From assembly GCA_963816185.1 (NCBI GenBank), contig CAWFJJ010000029.1, positions 96,001 through 160,000 of the forward strand: a stretch of 64,000 nt of DNA, in the 5' to 3' direction. Both the position numbers and the translations under genes were made by a program. Below, in pieces: positions 8,288 to 21,383 of this stretch. The notes beneath the pieces are model-generated. The model did no database searches. It was given only the letters and a program-made list of their open reading frames with translations, and was not told the DNA's origin. Within the stretch, counting starts at the first letter, position 1; every line of letters starts with the position of its first letter. This DNA is from Thermoanaerobaculia bacterium. Its GTDB lineage: Bacteria > Acidobacteriota > Thermoanaerobaculia > UBA5066.

Positions 8288-10888
8288 TCAGGTGGCGGAT
8301 GCGGGTGGGGGTGGGGTCGGGCCGGCTGTCCCGTTCTCGGACTCGTCGTCCCGTTCGGCCAGCTTCGCCACGGCGACGACCCGGTCCCCCTCGGCGAGGT
8401 CGATGAGCTTGACGCCCATCGCGGCACGGCCTGTCTCCCTCACGTCGGCCACCGCCAGGCGGATGAGGATGCCCTGCTCCGTGATGACGAGGAGATGGTC
8501 CCCCTCCGTCACGGACGAGATCCCGACGACCGGCCCGTTCTTCTCCGTGACCCTCACGTTGATGACGCCGGAGCCGCCGCGAACCTGATGACGATATTCG
8601 GCGACGTCCGTCCGCTTGCCGAAGCCTTTCTCGGTCACCGCGAGGAGCGTGCCCGTCTCCTCGACGAGATCCATCTCGACGACGACGTCGTCGCCTTTCA
8701 GCTCGATCCCCTTGACGCCCGTCGTGTCACGCCCCATGGGCCGCGCGTCGGTCTCGGAGAACTTGATTCCCATGCCGAGGCGCGTGCCGAGGAACACCTG
8801 CCGCGTGCCATCCGTGATCTGCGCCGAAAGGAGCTCGTCGTCGTCCTCGAGCTTGATTGCGATGATGCCTTTCTCGCGCGGGTTTCCGTAGGCCGAGAGG
8901 AGGGTCTTCTTGACGAGGCCCCGCTTCGTCGCGAAAAGGAGATACAGGTCGTCGGGAAACGTGCGCGTCGTCGCCATGGCCGCGACGCGTTCTCCCTCCC
9001 CGAGCGCGAGGAGATTCACGAGCGCCTTCCCGCGCGTTGCGGGACCGCCCGAAGGCACGTCGTAGAGCTTCACCCAGTGGACCCGCCCCTTGTTCGTGAA
9101 CGCGAGGAGGTAGTCGTGCGTCGAGCCGACGAACAGGTGCTCGACGACGTCCTCTTCCTTCGTTTGCGCCCCCATGCGGCCCTTGCCACCGCGTTTCTGC
9201 GCGCGATAAATCGAGAGCGGCGTCCTCTTCGCATAGCCGCCCCTGCTGATCGTGAGGACGACCTCCTCCTCGGCGATGAGATCCTCGGCGGCGAGATCTC
9301 CCACCTCGGCGACGATCTCCGTCCTCCGCGGCCGGCCGTAGACTTCGCGGATTCCGGAAAGCTCGGCGCGGATGATCGCCGAAACGCGCTCGCTCTTCGC
9401 GAGAATGTCCTTCAGGTCTGCGATCGCGGCGAGGACCTCCCGGAGCTCCGCGACGATCTTCTCGCGCTCGAGTCCGGTGAGGCGTTGGAGGCGCATGTCG
9501 AGAATCGCCTGAGCCTGCGTCGCGTCGAGGCGCATTGGGTCGTCGTCGCTTCGCGCGGAGACCGAGGCGTCGAGGCTCAAGGCGCCGAGGAATTTCTCCA
9601 GCGTAGCCTTCGGAATCGAGATCTCGTTCGTAAGGCGCTTCTTGGCCTCCTCGGGGTCTGCGCTCGTTCGGATGATCGCGATGACCGAATCCAGGTTCGC
9701 GAGCGCGATCGCAAGGCCGAGCAGCACATGCGCGCGCTCCTCGGCCTTTTTGAGGTCGTAAAGCGTGCGGCGCACGACGACCTGGCGGCGGTGGTCGAGG
9801 AAATGGCGGAAGAGGTCTTTGAGCGGCAGGACGCGCGGCTGTCCCTCCACGATCGCGAGCGCGTTGATCCCGAACGAGGACTGGAGCGGGGTCAGGGCGA
9901 GGAGCTGGTTCAGGACCACCTGCGCGATGGCGTCGCGCTTCACGTCCACGACCATGCGCATGCCATGCCGGTCGGACTCGTCCCGGATCGCCGAGATGCC
10001 CTCGATCCTCTTGTCGTTCACGAGGCCCGCGATCTGCTCGATGAGGCGAGCCTTGTTGACCTGGAACGGGAGCTCCGTGACGACGATCGATTCACGGTCG
10101 CCTTTCTTCGTCTTCTCAATGTCCGCGCGTCCGCGCACCTGGAGGATGCCGCGGCCCGTCTTGTAGGCGTCCACGATGCCTTGCCGACCCAGAATGATCC
10201 CGCCCGTCGGAAAGTCGGGGCCCGGCATCACTTCGACGAGCCGGGCGAGATCGGCCTTCGGGTCGTCCAGAAGCACGATCGCTGCGGCGCAGGCCTCGGC
10301 AAGGCTGTGCGGTGCGATCTTCGTCGCCATGCCGACGGCGATGCCCTCGGAGCCGTTCACGAGGAGGTTCGGGAACCTCAAGGGTAGGACGGTGGGCTCC
10401 TGGAGCGAGCCGTCATAGTTCAGCGTCCAGTCGACGGTCTCTTTGCCGATGTCGTCGCCGAGCATTTCCTCGGCGAGGCGCGTGAGCCGAATCTCGGTGT
10501 AGCGCATGGCCGCCGCCGAGTCCCCGTCCACAGAGCCGAAGTTGCCCTGCCCATCCACGAGCGGTTCGCTCATGGAAAAGTCCTGCGCCATCCGGACGAT
10601 CGTGTCGTAGATCGCGGCGTCTCCGTGCGGGTGGTACTTGCCCATGATGTCGCCGACGAGTCGGGCCGACTTCTTGTAAGGCCGGTTGTGGCGGTTGCCC
10701 TGTTCCCACATGCCGAAGAGCACCCGGCGGTGGACGGGCTTGAGGCCGTCCCGCACGTCGGGGAGCGCGCGCCCGACGATGACGGACATCGCGTAATCGA
10801 GATAGCTCCGCCGGATCTCCTCCTCGATCGAGACGGGGATCTTTTCGCCGGGATCGATCGTCGGCGGCTTTTCGGGAGTGTCGGCCAA
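8288..10888 (-). CDS. gyrA: DNA gyrase subunit A
   Basis: SYLDYAMSVIVGRALPD, YHPHGD, AAMRYTE, GyrA-box QKRGGKG. Confidence 0.98.
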   Translation of the reverse strand: MADTPEKPPTIDPGEKIPVSIEEEIRRSYLDYAMSVIVGRALPDVRDGLKPVHRRVLFGMWEQGNRHNRPYKKSARLVGDIMGKYHPHGDAAIYDTIVRMAQDFSMSEPLVDGQGNFGSVDGDSAAAMRYTEIRLTRLAEEMLGDDIGKETVDWTLNYDGSLQEPTVLPLRFPNLLVNGSEGIAVGMATKIAPHSLAEACAAAIVLLDDPKADLARLVEVMPGPDFPTGGIILGRQGIVDAYKTGRGILQVRGRADIEKTKKGDRESIVVTELPFQVNKARLIEQIAGLVNDKRIEGISAIRDESDRHGMRMVVDVKRDAIAQVVLNQLLALTPLQSSFGINALAIVEGQPRVLPLKDLFRHFLDHRRQVVVRRTLYDLKKAEERAHVLLGLAIALANLDSVIAIIRTSADPEEAKKRLTNEISIPKATLEKFLGALSLDASVSARSDDDPMRLDATQAQAILDMRLQRLTGLEREKIVAELREVLAAIADLKDILAKSERVSAIIRAELSGIREVYGRPRRTEIVAEVGDLAAEDLIAEEEVVLTISRGGYAKRTPLSIYRAQKRGGKGRMGAQTKEEDVVEHLFVGSTHDYLLAFTNKGRVHWVKLYDVPSGGPATRGKALVNLLALGEGERVAAMATTRTFPDDLYLLFATKRGLVKKTLLSAYGNPREKGIIAIKLEDDDELLSAQITDGTRQVFLGTRLGMGIKFSETDARPMGRDTTGVKGIELKGDDVVVEMDLVEETGTLLAVTEKGFGKRTDVAEYRHQVRGGSGVINVRVTEKNGPVVGISSVTEGDHLLVITEQGILIRLAVADVRETGRAAMGVKLIDLAEGDRVVAVAKLAERDDESENGTAGPTPPPPASAT

Positions 10889-10889
10889 C

Positions 10890-14542
<3,653 letters not shown>

Positions 14543-14550
14543 GCGGCCGG

Positions 14551-15675
14551 CTACATCCTCATCGGCATCACGACATAGAGATAGCTTCGGATGCCCCCCA
14601 GGGGTTCCGCGGGCCGACCCTGACATTGCGCCTGCTCGTCTTTCACGAAAAGGTGGACGTCCTTCGATTCCGCCGCTTCGAGAAACTGCTCGAGGTAGCG
14701 CGCGTTGAGGCGCAGCGTGACCGGAGGGTGGTCGTACGCGATGGCGATTTCCTGGGACCCGTCACCGACCTCCTGGCTTTCCGACGAGACGACGAGGGCG
14801 TCTTTCTGAAAGGCGACGCTCACCGCCTTCATCCGGTCGCCCGACAGAAGGGCGATCCTGCGGACCGCCCCCAGAAGCTCCTCGCGGGGCACGACCGCCT
14901 TCTTGTCGTTCTCCTTGCTGATGACCTTCTCGTAATCCGGGAAACGCCGTTCGTCGAGCTTCGAAAAAAGCTTCCGGTTGCCCACGGAGAACCCGATGTG
15001 GTTCGTGCCGCGCACGATCGTCACGATCGCGTCGTCACCCGCATCGAGCTTTCCGAGCTCATCGAGAATCTTCTTGGAGACGAGGACCGGCTCGAATCCG
15101 GCCTCGGCCTGCGCACCTTCGACTTCCACGAGCGCCAGCCGATGACCGTCGGTCGCGACCATTTCGACGCTTCCCCCCTTCGTCTTGAGGAGCGCGCCCT
15201 GAAGCTGAAGTCGCATCTCCTCGGTGGAGACGGCAAACCGCACCTTGTCGACCATCCTGCGAAGCGCGCCGAACGAAAGTGTGAGCGTGGGGCCGCCCGC
15301 GGGCTCGGGCCGGGTCGGATAATCCCCGGCAGGAAGTCCGTTGAGGCGGATGCGGAGCTTCGGCTCCTTACACTCGAGGGAAACGTGGTTGTTCTCGAGT
15401 ACCTTGAGTTTCAGCTCAGCATTCGGCGGCAGCTCGCGCACGACGTCGTAGAGGCGACGAGCCGGCGCCGTGATCGCGCCGGTGCTCTTCAACGCGACCG
15501 GAGTGATCTCCGACACCACCGTCGTGTCGAGGTCGGTGGCCGTGAGGGTGAGCGTCTCGCCCTTGGCCTCGAGCAGGACGTTCGTGAGAATCTGATGCGT
15601 CGTCCGCTTCTCGACGACTCCCTGAATCAGGCTCAGTTCGCGGGCCAGGATCGAGGCCGGAAGTGTCAGCTCCAC
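14551..15675 (-). CDS. dnaN: DNA polymerase III beta clamp
   Basis: TATDLD, VATDGHRLA, FPDYEKVI, terminal VVMPMR. Confidence 0.97.
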   Translation of the reverse strand: MELTLPASILARELSLIQGVVEKRTTHQILTNVLLEAKGETLTLTATDLDTTVVSEITPVALKSTGAITAPARRLYDVVRELPPNAELKLKVLENNHVSLECKEPKLRIRLNGLPAGDYPTRPEPAGGPTLTLSFGALRRMVDKVRFAVSTEEMRLQLQGALLKTKGGSVEMVATDGHRLALVEVEGAQAEAGFEPVLVSKKILDELGKLDAGDDAIVTIVRGTNHIGFSVGNRKLFSKLDERRFPDYEKVISKENDKKAVVPREELLGAVRRIALLSGDRMKAVSVAFQKDALVVSSESQEVGDGSQEIAIAYDHPPVTLRLNARYLEQFLEAAESKDVHLFVKDEQAQCQGRPAEPLGGIRSYLYVVMPMRM

Positions 15676-15918
15676 GACGTCTCCTTAGATCTTGAATCCT
15701 ATCATTTACAGCTTCTCAAAAGTAGCAGAAGACGTAGTGAGGTCCAAAAAGTGCATTGTCTACTAAAGTATGTATTTTCAGATAGTTATAAAGACAGTTA
15801 ACCTGTGAATCTCGCGATGATCCTTTGTGTAAAGAGGGCCCTTCCAAACGACCGCAAGGGACTTTTGCGTGGTCGCCGGGTGAGGCAACAGCAGGACGAG
15901 GAAAGAGAAGTGGAAAAC
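15676..15918. other. Probable chromosomal replication origin oriC (dnaA-dnaN intergenic)
   Basis: AT-rich island; degenerate DnaA-box-like 9-mers at 15804-15812, 15826-15834, 15909-15917; trinucleotide tract 15722-15739 resembling DnaA-trios. Confidence 0.75.
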
Positions 15919-17232
15919 TCAGCGAAACTGCGCCAGGAAACCGGCCAGAAGCCGGTCCAGCTCTGGATCTTCTTCTCTCAGAGCCGCGATCTTTCGGATG
16001 GCGTGAAGCGCCGTGGTGTGGTGTTTGTCGGAGAATAGGCGACCGATCTCGGGCAGGGAGAGCCCGGTCGTTTCTTTGAGGATATACATGGCCACCTGCC
16101 GCGCGAAGACGATGGGACCACGCTTCGTGCGCGCCCGGAGCTCGGCGGGCTTGAGGCCGTAGTGGGCGCCTACGAGCTTCAGGATGTCGGCGGGCGTCGT
16201 CGTGTGTTCTTCGGCGCGAAAGACGTCCCGCAACGCCTCCCGGCCGAGATCGAGAGAGATCGCCTCGCCCTTCAGGGACGCGAACGCCACGACCCGATTG
16301 AAGTAGCCCTCCAGCTCGCGGATCGACGACTTGATCTTGCCGGCGAGGAAGAAAGCGACGTCGTCCTCGAGGACGACCTGGCTCGCCTCGGCCTTCTGGC
16401 GGAGGATCGCGACCTTGGTCTCGAAGTCGGGAAGCTGAATGTCCACGATGAGGCCGCCCTCGAACCGGCTCTTCAGCCGGTCCGTCAGGCCGGGAATCTC
16501 GCGCGGCGGAACGTCGGAGGAAAAGACGATCTGGTTGCCTTCGTCGTACAGCGCATTGAAGGTGTGAAAGAGCTCGTTCTCCGAGGCCTCCTTCCCGACG
16601 ACGAACTGCACGTCGTCGAGCAACAGGATGTCGGCAGCCCGGAAACGCTGCCGCAGGCTTTCCATCTTGTTGAACCGCACGCCGAGCACGACCTCGTTCA
16701 CGAAGTTCTCGGAAGTCAGGTAGATGACCTTCTCGCCCGGTCGGCGCGAGAGGCGGCGGTGCCCGATGGCTTGCATGAGGTGCGTCTTGCCGAGCCCCGT
16801 TCCGCCGCAGATGAAAAGGGGGTTGTACTGCCGCGACGTCTGGTCTGCCACGCGCAGGGCGGCGGCGTGGGCGAGGCGGTTGGACTCGCCCGTCACGAAG
16901 TGCTCGAACGTGTACGCGGGATTCAGGCCGCCGGCCCGCCGGCGAGGCTCCGCGGGGACCTTTTGCGGGTTGACTGCGGACCGGTATTCGCCGTCCGCGC
17001 CAAAGCGGATCTCCCGGTTGCCTGCGCCCGCGAGACGGGCGGCCTCGGCGATCTGCCGGGCATAGGCTTCGGGGATGTAATCCACGAACAGGGGGGTACG
17101 CACCTGGACGAAGATGGTGTCGGCCGACTCGGACTTCTGCCTCGAGTCCCGGAACCACGAGTCGAACTCCCGCTCGTCCACGCGGGTCTTGAGGTGCTCC
17201 AGAATCTTGGCCCAGGTCGTCTGCTTTTCCAC
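15919..17232 (-). CDS. dnaA: Chromosomal replication initiator DnaA
   Basis: LNPAYTFEHFV, YNPLFI, GLGKTHL, LLLDDVQF, DRLKSRF; GTG start with GGAG upstream. Confidence 0.98.
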   Translation of the reverse strand: MEKQTTWAKILEHLKTRVDEREFDSWFRDSRQKSESADTIFVQVRTPLFVDYIPEAYARQIAEAARLAGAGNREIRFGADGEYRSAVNPQKVPAEPRRRAGGLNPAYTFEHFVTGESNRLAHAAALRVADQTSRQYNPLFICGGTGLGKTHLMQAIGHRRLSRRPGEKVIYLTSENFVNEVVLGVRFNKMESLRQRFRAADILLLDDVQFVVGKEASENELFHTFNALYDEGNQIVFSSDVPPREIPGLTDRLKSRFEGGLIVDIQLPDFETKVAILRQKAEASQVVLEDDVAFFLAGKIKSSIRELEGYFNRVVAFASLKGEAISLDLGREALRDVFRAEEHTTTPADILKLVGAHYGLKPAELRARTKRGPIVFARQVAMYILKETTGLSLPEIGRLFSDKHHTTALHAIRKIAALREEDPELDRLLAGFLAQFR

Positions 17233-17233
17233 A
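17225..17233 (+). promoter_or_regulatory. DnaA box overlapping the dnaA start codon
   Basis: TTTTCCACA matches TTWTNCACA. Confidence 0.6.
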
Positions 17234-17316
17234 GGATCTCCACCGCTGTGCAAAACCGCCTTTGCGGGGGACGGGAATGGTATCAGCGCCCTCCGGGGCG
17301 GAAAAGGGCCCTCCGG

Positions 17317-17345
17317 TTGACAGGATCGACGGAAGCCCGGAGAAT
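17317..17345 (+). promoter_or_regulatory. Putative sigma70 promoter of rpmH
   Basis: TTGACA-17 nt-GAGAAT. Confidence 0.6.
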
Positions 17346-17374
17346 CCCCCTCCCCGTCGGAGGGCCCGCACACC

Positions 17375-17518
17375 ATGGCCAAGAGCAAACGCACCTTCCA
17401 GCCCAACAACCGCCATCGGAACAGGACGCACGGGTTTCTGGTCCGGATGAGGACGAAGGCGGGCAGGGCCGTTCTAGCCCGCCGGCGGGCGAAAGGGCGC
17501 AAGCGCCTCTCCGCCTAG
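17375..17518 (+). CDS. rpmH: 50S ribosomal protein L34 (absent from ORF track)
   Basis: Manual translation [47 protein letters not shown]. Confidence 0.97.
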   Translation: MAKSKRTFQPNNRHRNRTHGFLVRMRTKAGRAVLARRRAKGRKRLSA

Positions 17519-17570
17519 GCGGAGGCGGCAACCGGGAGTCCGCCGCGAAACGCGGTGTCCGGTCGGAGCC

Positions 17571-17963
17571 ATGCATGCACGGGCGCACGCCGCCGCTCGC
17601 CGTCCGAGGGGCGAAGCGTTCCCCCGCGCATGCCGCGTCTCGGCACGCAGGGATTTTCGAGAAGCGTACGAGCACGGGGCCAAATACCACGGCCGCCTCG
17701 TCGTGGTTTTCGCGAAGGCCCGGGCCGAAGGCGGGGTCCGGCTCGGCCTCACGGCCACGCGCAAGGTGGGCGGCGCGGTGGTTCGGAACCGCGCCCGCCG
17801 CCGCGTGCGCGAGATCTTCCGACGCTGGTCCGCGACCGCGCCGGAGGCCAGCGTGGATCTCATCGTGAACATTTCGGAGAGAGCGACCCGCGCGGCTTTT
17901 TCGGCTCTCTCGGCGGAGGTGACGGCGCTCCTTTCGCGCGCCGCCGCGGACGTGGCGAAATGA
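17571..17963 (+). CDS. rnpA: RNase P protein component
   Basis: [25 protein letters not shown]; start uncertain. Confidence 0.93.
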   Translation: MHARAHAAARRPRGEAFPRACRVSARRDFREAYEHGAKYHGRLVVVFAKARAEGGVRLGLTATRKVGGAVVRNRARRRVREIFRRWSATAPEASVDLIVNISERATRAAFSALSAEVTALLSRAAADVAK

Positions 17964-18190
17964 ATGCTCTTCCGATCGCGCCCGCCCGCACCGTGGCGGG
18001 GATTCTCGGCGTCTACAAGCGCTTCGTCTCGCCCCTGCTCCCGCCGGCCTGCCGGTTCACCCCCACGTGCTCGGAGTACGCGCGCGAAGCGGTCATGCGC
18101 TACGGCGTTTGGCGGGGCCTCGCCTTGGCGGTGCGCCGGCTCGCCCGTTGCCACCCGTTCCACACCGGCGGCCCCGACCCGGTTCCCTGA
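17960..18190 (+). CDS. yidD: Membrane protein insertion efficiency factor
   Basis: [17 protein letters not shown]...RCHPF..GGPDPVP. Confidence 0.95.
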   Translation: MNALPIAPARTVAGILGVYKRFVSPLLPPACRFTPTCSEYAREAVMRYGVWRGLALAVRRLARCHPFHTGGPDPVP

Positions 18191-18205
18191 AGCAGAGGAG
18201 ATCCC

Positions 18206-19885
18206 TTGGAAACGAAGCGCCTCGTTCTCGCCTTTGCGCTCTCGGCCGTCGTCCTGATCGGCTGGACGGTTCTGTTCCCGCCGCCGAAGAGGAGCGCACC
18301 GGCCGCGCGGCCCGTCGCAACCGCACCGGCCGCGACCGCGACGGCGCCGACCACGACGGCGGCCGCTCCCTCGACGCAGGCCGCCGTGGCTGCGCCGGCG
18401 ACCCAGGCGGCGCGTGAGAAAGCCGTTCCGGTGGCCGCCGCCGCCGAGGAGCTCGTCGAGGTGCGCAGCCCGCTGTTTACGGCACGCCTTTCGAACGAGG
18501 GGGGAGTCCTGAAGTCGTTCATCCTGACGCAGCACCGGGACGGCGCCGGAAAGGCGCTCGACCTCGTGCGACAGGGTCCGCCATTTCCGGGCGCGACGCT
18601 CACGCTCGATCCGGCGGATCCCTTTCTCCAACGGGCCGGAAAGGCTCACTTCGCGGTGGAACGCGAAACCGGCAACGGCGTGACCTCGGTGCGCTTCCGC
18701 TACCGCGAGGCGAGCGGAGAAGGGCTCGTCCGTACGTACGTCTTTCGGGATTCGTATGTCATCGCCGTGAAGGCCGAGCGTGAAGGCGCCCCCGGCGCCG
18801 CGGTCGGACTCGTCCTCGGACCCGGGATCGGCAATCCTTCTCCGGAGGAGCTCACGAGCCGCTACACGAAACCGGGGGCGACCGTCACGCTCTCCGCCTC
18901 CGGCTCGGTGGAGCGCAAGGCCAAGGACGCGCTCAAGGAGCCCCTGCCGAAGGGACCGGGCCTCGTCGCCGCGGGCGTCGAAGACAACTACTTTCTCGCC
19001 GCGTTTCTCCCGTCGGGGACGGCGACGGTGACCCTGCGACCCGTCGCCCTCGCGCCGCCGCCCGCGGTCGAGGGCAAGCCCGCGCTGGCCGACGCCGAGA
19101 GCGAAGTCGTCCTGTCGGCGCCGAACGCCGTCGTAACGGATGTCTTCCTCGGCCCGAAGGAGCTCGACGTCCTCGAAAAGACGCGTCCCGGCATGGACCG
19201 CCTCATCGATTACGGCTGGTTCGCGATCGTCGTGAAGCCGCTTCTCTGGGGCCTCAAGGCCATCCACAAAGTCGTCGGAAACTGGGGTGTCGCGATCCTC
19301 GTCATCACGGTCATCATCAAGGTTCTCCTCTACCCGCTCACGCACAAGCAGCTCGTCTCGATGAAGAAGATGAGCGTCCTGCAGCCGAAGGTGGAGACGA
19401 TCCGCACGAAGTGGTCGGGGAAGATCAAGCAGGACCCGCAGGCGCGCACGAAGATGAACGAGGAGATGATGGCGCTCTACAAGCAGGAAGGCGTAAACCC
19501 CGCCGGGGGCTGCCTGCCGCTCCTCTTGCAAATGCCGATCCTCATCGCGTTCTACAACCTGCTCGCCCACTCGATCGAGCTGCGCCACGCGCCGTTCATG
19601 CTGTGGATCACGGACCTCTCGGCGAAAGACCCGTATTACGTCACGCCGATCCTCATGACGGCGACCATGTGGCTCCAGCAGCAGATGACGCCGACGGGCG
19701 GCGACCCCACGATGCGGAAGGTCCAGAACGTCATGCCGCTCGTCATGGGCTTTCTCTTCAAGGACGTGCCGTCGGGTCTCGTTCTCTACTGGCTCATGCA
19801 GAACGTCCTCACGATCGGGCAGCAGATGCTCCTGAACCGGTTCACCGACCTCGGCCCGGCCGCGATGAAGCCGAAGGCGTCCTGA
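18206..19885 (+). CDS. yidC: Membrane protein insertase
   Basis: IDYGW, GNWGVAI, GVNPAGGCLP, WITDLS..DPYY, PSGLVLYW. Confidence 0.97.
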   Translation: METKRLVLAFALSAVVLIGWTVLFPPPKRSAPAARPVATAPAATATAPTTTAAAPSTQAAVAAPATQAAREKAVPVAAAAEELVEVRSPLFTARLSNEGGVLKSFILTQHRDGAGKALDLVRQGPPFPGATLTLDPADPFLQRAGKAHFAVERETGNGVTSVRFRYREASGEGLVRTYVFRDSYVIAVKAEREGAPGAAVGLVLGPGIGNPSPEELTSRYTKPGATVTLSASGSVERKAKDALKEPLPKGPGLVAAGVEDNYFLAAFLPSGTATVTLRPVALAPPPAVEGKPALADAESEVVLSAPNAVVTDVFLGPKELDVLEKTRPGMDRLIDYGWFAIVVKPLLWGLKAIHKVVGNWGVAILVITVIIKVLLYPLTHKQLVSMKKMSVLQPKVETIRTKWSGKIKQDPQARTKMNEEMMALYKQEGVNPAGGCLPLLLQMPILIAFYNLLAHSIELRHAPFMLWITDLSAKDPYYVTPILMTATMWLQQQMTPTGGDPTMRKVQNVMPLVMGFLFKDVPSGLVLYWLMQNVLTIGQQMLLNRFTDLGPAAMKPKAS

Positions 19886-19909
19886 CGCCCCGCAAGGAGA
19901 GCGCGGCCC

Positions 19910-21373
19910 ATGGCACGCCTCGTGGCCGATCCGGACCGCGGAGGTGACGTCGTCGTCGCCCCGGCGACGCCGCCGGGCGTCGCGGCGCTCGCGGTCGTCC
20001 GGCTGACGGGTCCTTCCGGCCGCACGCTTGCCGTCGCGCGTCGGATCGCGCCCGGTGTTGGAGAGAGACCGCGCCCGCGCGAGGCGGGTTTGCACCGACT
20101 CGTGGGAGAGGACGGCCGGCCGCTGGACCGCGCTCTCGTGCTGTTCTTTCCGGCGCCGCGCTCGGTCACCGGCGAGGAGGTCGTGGAGTTTCTCTGCCAC
20201 GGGTCGCCCGCGATCGTGGCGGGGCTCCTTGCGGCGGCGCGCGCGGCGGGGGCGAGGCCGGCGACGCGGGGCGAGTTCACGCGGCGCGCCCTCGCCAACG
20301 GAAAGGTGGATCTCGCCGAGGCCGAGGGCCTCGCCGCGCTCGCTCGGGCGGAGAGCCTCGGAAACGTGCGGCGGGCGCTTTCTCTCGTGGAGGGAGAGCT
20401 ATCGAAGCGCGTCTCGGCGGCGCGCGAGCGGATGCTCGACGTTCTTTCGGGCCTCGAGGCCGCACTCGACTTCGCCGAGGACGTCCCGGCGGTGGAAATG
20501 CGGTCCGCCGCGGACGCGCTCGAAGCCGTCGCAGAAGAGGCGGACGCGCTGGGTGCGGCCGCCGCGCGGGGCGGTGCGCGAGAGCGGCGCAAGGTGGTCG
20601 CGATCCTCGGGCGGCCGAACGCCGGGAAGTCGACGCTCTTCAACGCGCTCGTCGGTCGCGACCGCGCCATCGTCACGGCCGTGCCGGGCACGACACGTGA
20701 CGCGATCTCCGACGTGTGTGAGATCGGTGGCGAGACCGTGACGGTCCTGGACACGGCTGGACTCCGTTCGACGGAGGACGAGGTCGAGAAGATCGGCGTC
20801 GCCGTCGCGGAGCGAGCGGGAGAAAAGGCGGACCTCGTCCTCTACGTCGTCGATGCGTGTCTTGGGACGTCGGAGGAGGACGAGGATTTTCTTAGAAAGG
20901 GAAGAGGGCGGGGGATGCTCCTCGTGAGAACGAAGGCCGATCTCGTGCCGCCCGCGCCGGCGCACCCGGTTACGAGCGTCGCCGGCGCGCAGCCGACAGC
21001 GGTCGCTGCAGCAGCACGGCCCGCATTTCCTTTCGGAGAAAATCCCTCTTCTTCGTCCTCGTGCTCTGAGCTTCTTGTCTCTGCCGTCACCGGCGAGGGT
21101 CTGGGCGTGCTTCGCTCCGCGCTCGCCGCGCGCCTCGGCCTCGTCGAGGCTGACGGCGAGCTGCTCGTCCTCGAGCGGCATCGCGAGGCCCTGGCGTTCA
21201 CCGCGGCTTCCCTGCGCGAGGCCGGGACGCTCGCGCGGAGCGAGGACGGCGCGCCGGAGCTCGTCGCGGCACGCGTGCGCGAGGCGCTTTCCGCGCTGGG
21301 TGCGATCACGGGCGAGACGGCGACCGAGGAGCTCCTGGACCGGATCTTCGCGACGTTCTGCGTGGGCAAGTAA
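19910..21373 (+). CDS. mnmE: tRNA modification GTPase
   Basis: GEFTRRA, GRPNAGKS, GTTRD, DTAG, terminal FCVGK. Confidence 0.95.
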   Translation: MARLVADPDRGGDVVVAPATPPGVAALAVVRLTGPSGRTLAVARRIAPGVGERPRPREAGLHRLVGEDGRPLDRALVLFFPAPRSVTGEEVVEFLCHGSPAIVAGLLAAARAAGARPATRGEFTRRALANGKVDLAEAEGLAALARAESLGNVRRALSLVEGELSKRVSAARERMLDVLSGLEAALDFAEDVPAVEMRSAADALEAVAEEADALGAAAARGGARERRKVVAILGRPNAGKSTLFNALVGRDRAIVTAVPGTTRDAISDVCEIGGETVTVLDTAGLRSTEDEVEKIGVAVAERAGEKADLVLYVVDACLGTSEEDEDFLRKGRGRGMLLVRTKADLVPPAPAHPVTSVAGAQPTAVAAAARPAFPFGENPSSSSSCSELLVSAVTGEGLGVLRSALAARLGLVEADGELLVLERHREALAFTAASLREAGTLARSEDGAPELVAARVREALSALGAITGETATEELLDRIFATFCVGK

Positions 21374-21383
21374 AGTGGCGGGG

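Noticed and set aside
9530-9630. Intein in gyrA
   Set aside because: Only a ~30-aa insertion with no Cys/Ser start, His-Asn end or endonuclease motifs
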